NCBI GenBank assembly: GCA_003427395.1
Contig: BFEA01000043.1
Span: 4,336,814 to 4,400,813, forward strand
Source: Chara braunii
Lineage: Eukaryota; Plantae; Charophyceae
DNA: 64,000 bases
Direction of reading: 5' to 3'
Shown here: piece after piece, positions 13,345-25,050 of the stretch
Numbering within the stretch: position 1 is the stretch's first letter
Layout of the letters: each line of letters starts with the position of its first letter
The notes under the pieces: generated by a model
What the model was told of the DNA's origin: nothing
Databases searched by the model: none
What the model saw: the letters and a program-made list of their open reading frames with translations, nothing else
Position numbers and translations under genes: made by a program

Positions 13345-14138
13345 AACCAAGATTGCATTAGTTGCATAAACAAGATCTCACTGTGATCAGCTAATAAGTA
13401 CTCATTGCAAGCTCTAGCCTTAAGCGAGTGGTTGCAGAGAGCACACTTCGAACAACCAGGGCTGATAGCCTATTATTAGGTCCCAGAAACTGACACTCTT
13501 CCCACTTTCGCAAGGCATAGTGAATTGCAGGGTTATGTTTCAGATTGCATGCTCAGTGATAAAAGTTCAGACTGCCATTTCGGCCTCATTGCCGTTTCGT
13601 AACTAATCTCTACCATTAGAAACACATGCTAATCAAAGGAATATACTGCAATTAGTTACCCCAAGTGAATCTGTTAATAACTGCTGAAAGCGGCCCGTCA
13701 TTTAATTACTGTGCGGTAATAGCACTCGATGTAGTACTGCACTAGTTAGCACATAACACAATTTACTTTTGGGTGGTCCCAAAGTATTACTAGCAAGGAG
13801 TTATTACTGATGGCAACCCCAGCTCAAGTAATGCACAGGGCGACTACTGCTCTTGTGGCCACAAAATACAATGAACAAGTAATAATAAGCACAAATTTAC
13901 AAGCTACGTAACCGAATGGAGGGTTGTCGCGATTACTCAGACAACTATCTGCTCGGTATAGTGCATATGATTCCTGTCTTCTAGGTCACTATCAGTCATT
14001 TATCAGTCTCCATCAAGGAGTAGCGTCATCAGAACGTATGCTATTTTCCTTAGCACTACCCATTTCTTTCCCATCAAATTAATGAAGACAATATACAATT
14101 ACTGAAACAGCTAGCGCGGAGTCCGACATCCCCCTCTC
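13345..14138 (-). mobile_element. PPT and start of the 3' LTR of an older LTR element hosting the gypsy insertion
   Basis: Minus strand GAGAGGGGGA|TGTCGGAC at 14138-14121 directly after a stop codon; LTR would run left from 14128 and be interrupted at 13344. Confidence 0.45.
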
Positions 14139-15559
14139 ATGCGTCAAGGCAAAGACTCTTTTCCAATATAAAATAATCTCTTTCTTCAACTTCGCTCAGC
14201 GCCGATGGGGTAGAGCTTTGACCAGTGCCTCTCGGCTGATCTGATACCACTGCCAAGCGCGCCCAATCCTGGTAAACACAAGCCAAGCCTTTCTCCTTCT
14301 CAAGAAGAGAGACCAAGAGTGAAGCACTAATAGCAAGCTTGACCCCAAGTTGACAGCTCACAGAGAATCATTTGAGTAAAAAAAAAGAAAAAGGGATAGA
14401 ATAAGATTAGAAGATCTTATCTGATTTATCCTGCTTATTATCAGCCCGGTGACTTACAACCCTCATCTCAGATCAGATCTCTCTTGCAAATTCTCTCTAA
14501 CATAATCGAGCGAGGTAGGCCCTTTTGTGACTCTGGCTAATAATTGTACAAAGGAAGCTGAGGCTCGTAATGCAAGAACCGCCAACAAGATGACATTAAA
14601 GAGTGACTGCAGGAGCGTTCATTTGAACGAGAAGAGTTTGTGCGTAATCTGGCTGAATGAATCACTTGTCTCGTGCGTGTACCGTTAGCTACTTCCTTAA
14701 TTATGAGCACGCATGATTCTCGTCAGGCAAGAGCAGAGCAGGTGATGTCGACACAGGATGTGCACTCTTCTCGATGAAGATCATTCACTGGCAAATGAGA
14801 AGTCTGACTCAAAGTGATGATGGCGTTGCTAGCACTCCACTTCACGCATCAGTTCTCATCGAGGAAGGTCTTCCGATGCAATCTCGCCCTGTAACTTGTA
14901 CCCACTCGATCATACCCCTGGCTCTGCGCTTTGGTTCTCTCCTTATAGGCTATAATCAACCATAACTGCCTCTCAACTTCGACTTCTTCTTTATTAAAAC
15001 TGTGGTGGTTCTCAGTAGAGAAGACACTCATTGGCTGGAGAGAGCATGCAGACGGAAGAGACGCCCACAACAACATCAGGAGCGATGCTCAATGGAAGCA
15101 AGAGTTTGGGACAGTTGACGTCAACTATTATGCAATCTCAAGCAGGACTCCCAAAACGAGAAGTCCGCCTCCCTTTCTCTCACGTGACGCTAGTACTTCA
15201 TCCGCTTCATTCTTCCTAAATCTATAACCGCCTCGCAGGATGGCTCATGACACCACCTCTCAGTAGGAGGCAACAATCAGCTCGAAGAAGAAGACTAGTA
15301 GTGACAGCAGATTCCCCGTGGACTAGTTGCTTACATCATTGAGCTTATCCTCTCTTGTGCGCTCAAAGTTTCCAAGGGCTGTCATTCAACCTTAGTAACT
15401 GGTAAACTACATGCCCTTTCTCATAATCTCCACACATTGGGCGTCTCAGTTCCTGTCTCACACTACCTGTACCATGCACACTTGCTTGCTATGGTCTCAT
15501 CAAGACCTGGAAGAAACATGCCGTGGCAGGTAACAAGAGCCATGTCAGGGAAAAACAGA

Positions 15560-15679
15560 GGACGTCAACGGTTGGAAGCTCGTACGCCTCTCACAAATGA
15601 TTGCAAATTCAGACCCTCTGTTGCCTCACACGTGTACCTCGCACCTTACACAGCCCATAGCTCTCTGTGTCCACCACTG

Positions 15680-15776
<97 letters not shown>

Positions 15777-16588
15777 CTGCCCATCTTTCCTTTCGAAAAG
15801 TCTGCCTCCTCTACTCCTGGGGCGTAGCTAGTCCCCCACGTGTCTGAGACACTCACTCTCTTGTAAGCTGCTTTTCTCACGCGTTCCTGCTTTCACTGAC
15901 TGTGACACTCCAGGGCCGAGCGTAACTGCTTCTTGGTCCCCCAGACTTCGTTCCGTCGCCGAGAGTTAGCCTCTGGGCCATCCTCCGCAGACTCAGCAGG
16001 CCGGTGGTCCTGCCTCCACTGTCCCAGACCGTGCCAAGACTGAGTCTCTGCACCACTGGCCTCCGACTCGGCCTCAGAGTCGCAGTCCAACGCCGCTGCG
16101 CGCTGTCCGTGCTTCCGGTAGAGGTCTCAATCTCGTGATCTTGAGACCGTCACCTGGATCTCCGCCATGACTCCATCCCCTTCTTTGCCACCGCTTGGCT
16201 CGATTCTTGGCCTCTCTGATCGCCGCCTGCAGCCTCTGGTCCTTTCTCATCACCTCTTCTCTCCCTCCCTCGACATTAATCTTTAGTTTCGCATCATCAC
16301 CATCGAAGTACAGGCTCGTTGTGATCCAAGGGCCTTTCTCTAATGCTATGGCCCAACGTACCAGGAGCCTCCAGGCCTCTGGTCTATAGCCCTCTAGCCC
16401 CTTTCGGCACGCCATAGCTGTTAGCACTGCCAATTGATGACCTCAAGCACACACCCAAGTCACTGGACCACTAGGCTCAGATAGCCAATACCAAAGTGCC
16501 CTTTTTCTGGCACCGCGATCCCGATCAGTAGAACTGGAACAGCATAGCCTCTAGCGTCCACTGATGTTGCGAGAGCGTCATCCTTGCA
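15560..16588 (-). mobile_element. LTR-like segment of a related element (terminus TGCAAGGAT)
   Basis: atccttgca ending 16588 equals the gypsy LTR terminus at 9264, and also has a sense ORF-like stretch just inside (16074-16433). Left boundary approximate. Confidence 0.4.
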
Positions 16589-17429
16589 GCTATTCTTTTA
16601 TAGAGCTTTGACAGTGCTGCAGCCCCTGTGCTCTAAACGGCGAACTGAAGATTTTTTAAATCGGTTAATAAAAGTTAAGTATAATAAAATAAAGTATTGA
16701 CCAATAAAACAATCCAAATCGAGTACACCAACTCAATCTGAAAAGACAGCAAGCTTGGCGTGCAGCATGGTCCCATAACAGGATACCGAAGAGGGGTTGT
16801 CTTAGGACCTCCTCATATCGGGAGCCATAACAGGCGCCAAAACAATCCAAATCGAGTACACGATGCTGCACGCCAAGCCCCTGTTATGGGACCATGTCGA
16901 AGAGGGTCTGCGATCCGTCTGTTGCCGAAGAGTGGTTGTCTTAGGACCTCCTCATATTGGGAGGGGAAGGTAGGGGCAAACTGCGCCATGTTTTTATCAA
17001 CGACACCCATAAGTTGTCCAGCAGTAAGTCACTTCTAGCCGCTCCCCTCAATCCATGTTCTCTGGATAGTGTCTTTGCCCTTGGAATGCTCCAAAATAAA
17101 TCCTCGATCCACGTGAGGGGATGAGTGTCTTCTGTGGTTAGTGGCGCCAATCTTCGGATTTGTTCCAGAGCCATTGGCTGCCAGGGCTTATTGTTAGAAA
17201 TAATCAGATCCTTTATCGATTGGAGTGTTTGCGATTGACATTGTAGAGTCGGATCAAGAAGAACTATGATCTAACCCAGAAGAAAAATAAGAAAGGGAAA
17301 ATCTTTAGTGATGATTGTAATTGTGAATGTTTGCTGGTTTTGACCTATTGTGCATCCATTTATTTCCAGTAAAAAGGAAAGCTTTACTGACAAGTGTGAA
17401 TGTGTACTGTTTTTGAGTTGTTTTCTCAG

Positions 17430-20008
17430 GGTTCTCAATGTCAGAAGAGGAGGGAAGTGAGCCACAGGGTTTTTACTTTGTTCCACTGCAGAAAAGGTAC
17501 CCCAATGGTAATCGAGATTGCCGGAGCACTCCTGGGGGGTACTGGAAGAAGACAGGAGAGGATCATCCTGTGATCGGGGGTGGAACAGAGAAGATATTGG
17601 TCTTCTATGCGGGGAAGAGAAAGGATGGGGTGAAGTCATCATGGGTAATGAAGGAATACCGGCTGAACCTTGGTCCAAACGAAGGGCGACCGGATGTCTT
17701 GTGGGTGGTCTGCAAGATTTACAAGCAGGAGAAGGAGAGAAGGGGGAGAGGTAGCAGCTCTGTTCCACAAACACCAATAAACACTGACAAAGGCCGTCTG
17801 CACGGGCTTGATGATCTTCCCGGCAGTCCGATGGATTCAACAATTTCAACTCCACTACGCGCAAATATGCTCGGGCAAAATGGTAGTGGTTCCTGTTTGG
17901 TGGACACTCCATCGCCAGGGGATGTCTCATACGTGAGAAAGCCCGGTACTGCTTCACGAGGAAGCAGCAGTCGCTTCCAGGCGTCATCCAAGAACCTTAG
18001 AGAGAAGCTAGACACTGCTGAAGTTATGGGAAATGCTGAAGCCGGTGACAATGCACAGAACACAGACCAAGGTATGGTAGTGTCTGATCATACAGAGCCA
18101 CAAGCATATTATTGGGGCGGTAGTGGAATTGTCTCGGACGTGAGGCTACTGCCAAGCCATCTTGAGGCGGTGTCTGGAAGTAGTGGATGTCAGGTGCTGC
18201 TCAATGTAGGTGAGTGCACTGGAGACCAGACCAGACTGGAACGGGATGGGTGTCAGCCGTCGGACGCATCTTTGCAGTCGTTTCCCGAGCGGCGGATGTC
18301 TGTTGTTGGGACGGCTGGGCAGCAAGGTGTCGCCAAAAGCACGCCGGACGCTGGTCAAGTGGTTGTCAAACAAGAACCAATGTTTGATGGACCTGTTCCT
18401 TTGTTGGAGTCGCAGGATATGAGCTCTCTGTTGAGCGGACTCGCACATGATACTCAGTCACAGGAGAACTTCGTGCAGAACCTCGTTGTGGCAAACCAGG
18501 TCCGGGATGTGGGGAAGGAGACCATGGAGGTAGGGCGAGAGATGGAACCTGGTGATGGAACGGATTGTGCTAACCTTGCAGGGCAATACTTTGACCAAAA
18601 ATGTTCACAAGATGAGACAAGTCTTGAAAACCTGGCTTCGCCCGCTCCACTGGCTTCTACTGTCCAGCTCATTGGTGAAGGGGAAGATGTTCGAAAGTGG
18701 AGCGGCTGCAAGTTTTCGAAAGGCGATGACCGGTTGACACTCACTCAGGAATTGAATGAGGAAGGCTACAAGAATGGGACTCATCTGATTGGATCCCCGG
18801 TTGGCACGCAAATTGCAGCGGTTGATGATTTGACTGGTGGCCCAAATCACAGAGGAAATGTACAATGCACATCAAGGATTCCTGGACAGAGTCGAGTGGT
18901 CGGAGGAGGACCTGTCACATTCTCCTCCTCTCTACTGTTCCAAAAGCAACCAAAGCGCAGCTTGTTCCATGCCGCAGGAATTGGCAATGGTGAGGGTGAG
19001 GAGGAGATCGGGTTTGGAAATCAATCGTATGAGCTTTCTGCTGTCGTCCAAGGATACACTCGTTTAGGATGTGGCTATCCTCAGTTCATCACTTCGCAGT
19101 CATCTCCTCAGATGGGGGACGTCTCCAGGACACCATGTGAGCCGCATGGAATGGAGATTTTGTTGGCGTCCGACAAAAGCAACTCTCAGACCACAATTAG
19201 TTATGACATTCTCCACCCTTCAATAGTGGGGTCATCTCTGAGGCCGCACAGCGGTAATACTCCGATCCGATCTCAACGAATGAACACTTTTGAGTCGGGG
19301 TCGAGATTGGGGATCAACTCTCTGGATTGCGGAAGCGATGGCATAACAGATGTTGGAGACGGTGGGGGTATTGCGGAGCTGGTGAGTGGAGTGAAGAGGT
19401 CTAGTCCTGGCCAACCTGCTTCGGTGGACGGCTCGTTTTCTAAGTTAGCCCGGCGAGGAAGTGGAAAGGATTCTTCAAGTCCGAACTCTGAAGCTCAGTC
19501 CCACGGTTATGGGTCTCCGCGGGATGTAGAACATTCCGTGATTGAGAAGGGCAGCTTCTTTGATGGGGGAAGGAGGAAGCTGAAAAGGTTGGCGCCAATT
19601 CCTGGAAGAGATGAACCACTCCAACCCATCACAAGGATTTCTGCGCACACTTTGGAAGGACACCAGGATCTCGGGCAGACATGTCCTCCCTCGCTGCTGG
19701 AAGTATCTCATAGTTCGGTGATGGTAGGAAGAGGTGAGCGAACTCCTCCAGTACTACCAGTGCCGAGCAGGCGCTCAGGCACACATTATGGTGACGATTG
19801 TCTGCCACTTGTTTGTGGCATGGAAGACAAGGAAGAAAGGACAGGTGGGAGCACTGGCTTGGGGCACTTTGAGGACGTCTGGAGCAGCCGGGCTGTAAAA
19901 TACCTCTTAGGGGGGGATGAGACCATCACAGGTCCACCTACCCCCTCATCACAGGATCAGTCACTGGACAGATATTTTGCAGAGGTACGTGTGTCTGAAG
20001 ATATTTAA
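17430..20008 (+). CDS. NAC transcription factor, large exon: subdomains C-E plus long low-complexity C-terminal region
   Basis: Acceptor ttttctcag|G at 17429 joins exon 2889-3060 in frame (KLP-G-FSM). Motifs FYF..KRYPNG, GGYWKKTG, KILVFY, WVMKEYRL, WVVCKIY in an uninterrupted 856-aa ORF. May end at donor GAG|GTACGT (19985, phase 0) rather than stop 20008. Confidence 0.93.
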
Positions 20009-20409
20009 CTCGGCCTACCATTCCATAGCCTCTGTACGCAGTCTATGTCATTCTCTTGCAATTGCTGGAAACCTTGCTCATCGCTCTATTGCTTTTGCTT
20101 ACTGTCTTCATTTTCCAGTGCCAGTCGAAATGGGCGATGTTTATTGGGTGCTGGCTAATTGAACAGAGTCATTATTCAACGTTTACCTGCTATCGCTTCC
20201 ATGAGTGTATCTTCGTGAGATATCTAGGGAGGTTGTTGGCATGCCATATGATTATACTTTTTTTTGAGTTTTTTCCTGAGTGGGGATCCGGGCCACCCGG
20301 GTGACCGGCAGGGGCCCGGGGAAGGTCCCAGGCGGCAGGGCGGGCAGAGCACCCGGTTGGGGGACGGCCCCCCCCAGCGCACTCACCTGTCGGGGGATTT
20401 CGGACCCCC

Positions 20410-20459
<50 letters not shown>

Positions 20460-20479
20460 NNNNNNNNNNNNNNNNNNNN

Positions 20480-20542
<63 letters not shown>

Positions 20543-21173
20543 TGTTTGAATCATACTTGCGGCGCATCTCATGCAGGGGGGTGCCGCACGCACAAGCACG
20601 CACGCACGAGTGATGCGATGCATTAAAAAAGTAGAAAAATAAAAACGTCCTAGTTGTGTCCAGCCTCTACATCATATTAGCTAGGACCCGACGTCATGCA
20701 GATATACACTTCAAACTTGTACTCTGTGAGGGTGGGGGATCTCGGTTATTGGTCACTATTTCTCTGTTTTTCTCGCTTTTCTTTTATTTTCTCGTTTTTC
20801 TTTTCTTAGGAATATGTGCAGTGACCCTAAGGGCCTCTACCCATCAAATGCACAAAAGACAAAACATATGGTGGGCCTGGTGGCGTATTATTCCACGTTC
20901 TGCAGAAGATTCATTCTAATTTTGCACATTTCGTGAGTAGTGCAGCCAAGCCCTAAGAGTCATGTGCAGAGACCAACAGGGCCTAGCTACGTGAGCAACC
21001 CATAACTGCTGAAACACAGACCTGAATTCGAATCTTGAGTATATATTCGGCCAGCTCGTCCTCTACTTCATATTCACTGCCTGCCTTGATTTTGGTGGGG
21101 GGGTCTGCGCTACATGGCTGCGAGCACCCTTCAGATAGCCTGCATGGGCCGTCTGAGCCGTGTTAAGGGGATC

Positions 21174-21247
<74 letters not shown>

Positions 21248-21250
21248 ACA

Positions 21251-21514
21251 TTGAGTCACTTCAGGAGTGCTGGCTCCAAGAAGACAAAAGTGCTGACGAT
21301 AATTGGCACGTTTCACAGAATGGTAGCCAACACGTATGATGCCGCAGATCTAACCGCGGTAATAAAGCTGTTTTGTAGGGAACTCAGACTAATGAACTAC
21401 CCATGGAGAATCACCCGCACGGCGATTTGGGCTTTCATCAACTGCAAGGACACAAAAGTACGGAATATATTCCGTAAGTATCTGGAAGCAGAAGAAGCAC
21501 CAAACAGGAACTGA
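21251..21514 (+). mobile_element. Penelope-like element RT C-terminal (thumb) remnant
   Basis: HFRSAGSKKTKVLTIIGTFHRM...ELRLMNYP matches the PLE/TERT-like thumb pattern H.S.....K...i.g...R...L...gYP; stop follows with no GIY-YIG. Confidence 0.65.
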
Positions 21515-22269
21515 TATATAAATCCAAAGAGAAAAGGTAAATAAAATAAAATAAAATAAAATAAAATAAAATAAAATAAAATAAAATAAAATAAAATAAA
21601 AAGTAGAAAACGCGCAAGCTACAAGAACACCTAAAAATTACACTAACGAACGGAAAATCTACAGATATAATGATGCAAGAACGGCCGTATGGATTTCCTA
21701 ACATAAGCTTAGAAATGAATCGAATCAAAATCCACAAGATGTACACGGGAGAAACAAGCGACAAGACGATGAAAGTACTCACCTGAGAAGATAATGACGA
21801 AACCCACGGCCGCACGTAAAACAAAAAACAAAAGCAACAAACAAAGCCAAGACGCGAGTCAGTAATCCACGACAGATATAAACGCAAAAAACTTCGACGG
21901 TAATATGGCCATAGGGATAGCCTCTGAATGTACGAGTACGGAATTCCAGAAAACAGACATTAGCACAAAAGCGGACATAGGGACGTAACGTTATATACAG
22001 CAAGTCGACGACAACGGGAAATCTACGATGAAATGTGCAGTACAGAGCAAGACTACGGGAGACACAGAGGAAACGATGCTGAGGATGCTGCAGGGCATGT
22101 GGACAAGTAGGTGGGAGGAGAAGGAGAATAGGGTATAAATTCAAAGACAGTGGCTGAAAAGATTACCTGAGCAGTGAGGTAGAAGGGTAATCGCGACAGT
22201 TGTCACATGCCATGGACAGGACGTGTATGCTGCGATAGTAAACCTCGCACGTGTTGTCTATTATTGCAA

Positions 22270-22340
<71 letters not shown>

Positions 22341-22515
22341 CTTGTATACACACACACCCCTTACAAAAAAAAAGAAAAAGAAAAAGCGCATGTGCGCCAC
22401 ATCGCAAACACCCCCCCACCCAGACCAACTACCCCACCCGCCCCCCAAACCCGAAATTTTATTGCAGATTCGGGGTCCTCTCGCCGAGCGCAGAACGACC
22501 CCGGTTTCAAAAAAT

Positions 22516-23336
22516 ACAGCCACAAATGTCTGCCTACAGGCTTATCAGCGTCAATGTTACACTGCATCTCAATTTGGTACGATTGCTTATCAGCTTGACG
22601 CTGTTGAAAATCAGTTGCTATACATAATAGTCCACCTCCTGAAGGAAGGGAGTAACTATACTCTACCTCATCAGGAGGCTTTACTGTGAATGTCTTACAG
22701 TTAGCGTTCCACGGCCGCCACCTTCTTATGCATCATGCGACGCCAGGCGATGACCTCAATAACCATCCTCATATTTCTGCCTGTATTTTACACAGACCCG
22801 GGCATTATATGGCACTCGTTCGTGCAGCTGCCCAGTGGGAACTGTGGGACGGTGGGACGATGAGTCGGGCTATTTTCGATGTAAATGAATTTTTGCGTGC
22901 ATTGTCGAATCATACTTTATTTTGGATTATTGACCGACTCTCGTGTGACACCTGTCGGGACAGAGACGCGGTGCGCCTTGGCTGTGGAATGCATCATCTA
23001 TGCCATAGCCATTATCAATCTATTGCGACTGCCGCCATCTGTACTGAAGGGTGTCCAACATTTCCTCACTGTACACATCCCTATCACCCAGATATACGTT
23101 GTCCCTTTTTCCCCCAAGGACGCTATCAGAACTGCATGATGCCGCACTGTGATGAACGTCCTGCTGTTCTTTTGACATGTGGACAACATGTCCTCTGTCA
23201 GGACTGTTTTGATGGGATGGTTCGTGCTAGCCGTCCTGCGGAATGGTGTGCTGGCGCAACTCTCCTTGGGTATCCTTGTGAACATCCACATCATCCTCAC
23301 CGTAGCTGTCCTATCTGCCGAGGTGGGAACAGTTAA
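22516..23336 (+). pseudogene. Josephin-like cysteine protease domain plus two RING-variant zinc fingers (5'-truncated, one frameshift)
   Basis: TNVCLQ / YTASQFGTIAYQLDAVE / SGGFTVNVLQLAF / CILHRPGHYMALVR...WELWD / TLFWI align in order with ataxin-3 LNNLLQ / FSPVELSSIAHQLDEEE / SGFFSIQVISNAL / FICNYKEHWFTVRK...WFNLN / SIFVV. Then two units of CxxC..LxCGxHxLCxx[HC]...CxHxxHP...CP. Frameshift at TATA 22657-22660. Confidence 0.7.
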
Positions 23337-23416
23337 AGAAGAAAAAAAAAGAAAAAAAAAAAAGAAAAAAAGAAAACAAGATAGAAAATAAGGAAAAAGA
23401 AAAAATATGTTGATCT

Positions 23417-23896
23417 CTAGGAAGATTCTCACGCCCGGGCGGGGTCTGACGCCAGGGGTAACCGAGCGTGCAAAATAAATAAATAAATAATTTATTTATT
23501 TATTTTAATTATTTATTTATTTTGGTTTTCTGCGCGCTCCCAGAGGACTCCAAATCCGGGCTCCTTTCGTTTTTTGCAAGTTGGCTGTCAAGGGGGGGGG
23601 AGGGGGGTATAATGTTTTTTTTAAGGGGCTAAAGGGGACTAAAGGGGGGTGCCTTTGTGTGATTCTGTTATTTTCTTTTTTATATCCGATTCTGTGAGGA
23701 ATTATAATGTGACCCTCAGCCAAAAGTTGTTTGTATTTCAATCCTACACAAAATATTTTTTTTCCGGGATTTTTTGAGTTTTTGTTTTTGGCGCTGGGGC
23801 TGCCCGGAACCCTGCCCGGTGGTCATGCCCGGCCGGGCACCCGGGCGTGTACCCAGGCAGAAGTTGAGTGCCCGGGCGCCCGGGAAAACAGCCTAG
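23417..23896. mobile_element. Non-autonomous DNA transposon (hAT-like, 8-bp TSD)
   Basis: Termini CTAGG...CCTAG; TSD GTTGATCT at 23409-23416 and 23897-23904; CCCGGG-rich subtermini. Confidence 0.8.
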
Positions 23897-24931
23897 GTTG
23901 ATCTGTGGGATATGTTATTTGCTTTGTGACTATTGGATTATCTGTGGGAGGTTTCCTCGTCCTTTTCTTTACCTCTTTGCCTTTTGGCTGCGTGCAAGTG
24001 GGTCCTTGTGACACACGGGGATGGGGGCAGCCAGCGCTCAACCTGTCATCCACGTGGCTGGCCTTGTACGTAAGCGGTGATGAACAGGTGGGGCTTTCCT
24101 TCTTTTCCTTTCCTTCTTTTGCTTTTTTTCCTCTTCGCGCTCTGATTTAGTGTGACAATATATTTCTGGGCGTTTTTTTGGCCCGCCTGGTTTACCCGGG
24201 CGGCACCCCCGGGCCTCGCCAGGCCGGGCGGCGTCCTCACTCAGGTTTTTAAACTTTTTTGAAGTTTTTCACTAAATCAGACAGTGATTGAAGTCAACTC
24301 CTTGTAAAAAAGTGAAGAAAACAAAAAAAGAGTGCAGGTAACGGAGGCCTAAATTTTTACTTTTCAACTTTTCAGACAGTTTGTCATGCCATTTATGACA
24401 AAACCCAGGGAGGAGGTAAAGAACAGGCGTGTCGACCTTTCCTGTAGTTATGAGCAAGGGAGGATGTTACATGCTGATGCCACACGGGTCCCTTTCGGAC
24501 CCGACCACTAGACTAAGGGGTACTTAGGCCGGCCCAGCAAAAGGCCAGACCTTTCTCCCGGTAGGCCACATCGAGGCACCGGTTGGCCTCCGTGCAGCAG
24601 GCCAGGCACAGGCCCAAACGACATGACCGTTGGGCCTGGCAGCGCCCTTGAGGCTGCCGCCGCCGGCCTGGTCTGAACTGTCAAGTTGGACGCGTCAGAT
24701 CACGGCCTGATCTGAAGCATCGTCTATGTATGGCTTCAGACCCCACCATCTCACGATTGCTTGTGTGTTGAGTGATGTTTGGTGAGTTCAGTCTATGTGA
24801 CTCAGTCCATTTCTCAGACTTCCGCTGCATACATGTTCATCCTATATTGGTTGATCTTTGGTTCTGCCCATACTCGGTGAAGTATTCACTAGTATGCAAC
24901 AGAGGATGTGGTCCGTAATATTGGTTAGTAT

Positions 24932-24938
<7 letters not shown>

Positions 24939-24993
<55 letters not shown>

Positions 24994-25050
24994 CGCGCCC
25001 CCGTCAGTGTTAGTGGTGCTGATAAGAGCAGACACCGCTAACGCCTGGGG
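24939..25050 (-). mobile_element. Extremely 5'-truncated LINE/SINE tail insertion
   Basis: Poly(A) plus hairpin with TGCTCTTATCA loop; 16-bp TSD GGTTAGTATTGGCTCT at 24923-24938 and 25051-25066. Confidence 0.85.

Noticed and set aside
17271-19711. Antisense and alternate-frame ORFs over the NAC exon
   Set aside because: Shadows of the real 856-aa frame with no motifs.
20845-20885. MHKRQ as the missing Josephin N-terminus (HEKQ)
   Set aside because: No Cys at the catalytic spacing; likely chance.
25016-25032. U2 snRNA-like TCTGCTCTTATCAG on the minus strand
   Set aside because: Only ~14 nt resemble U2 (UCUGUUCUUAUCAG); the flanks form the LINE hairpin, not U2.
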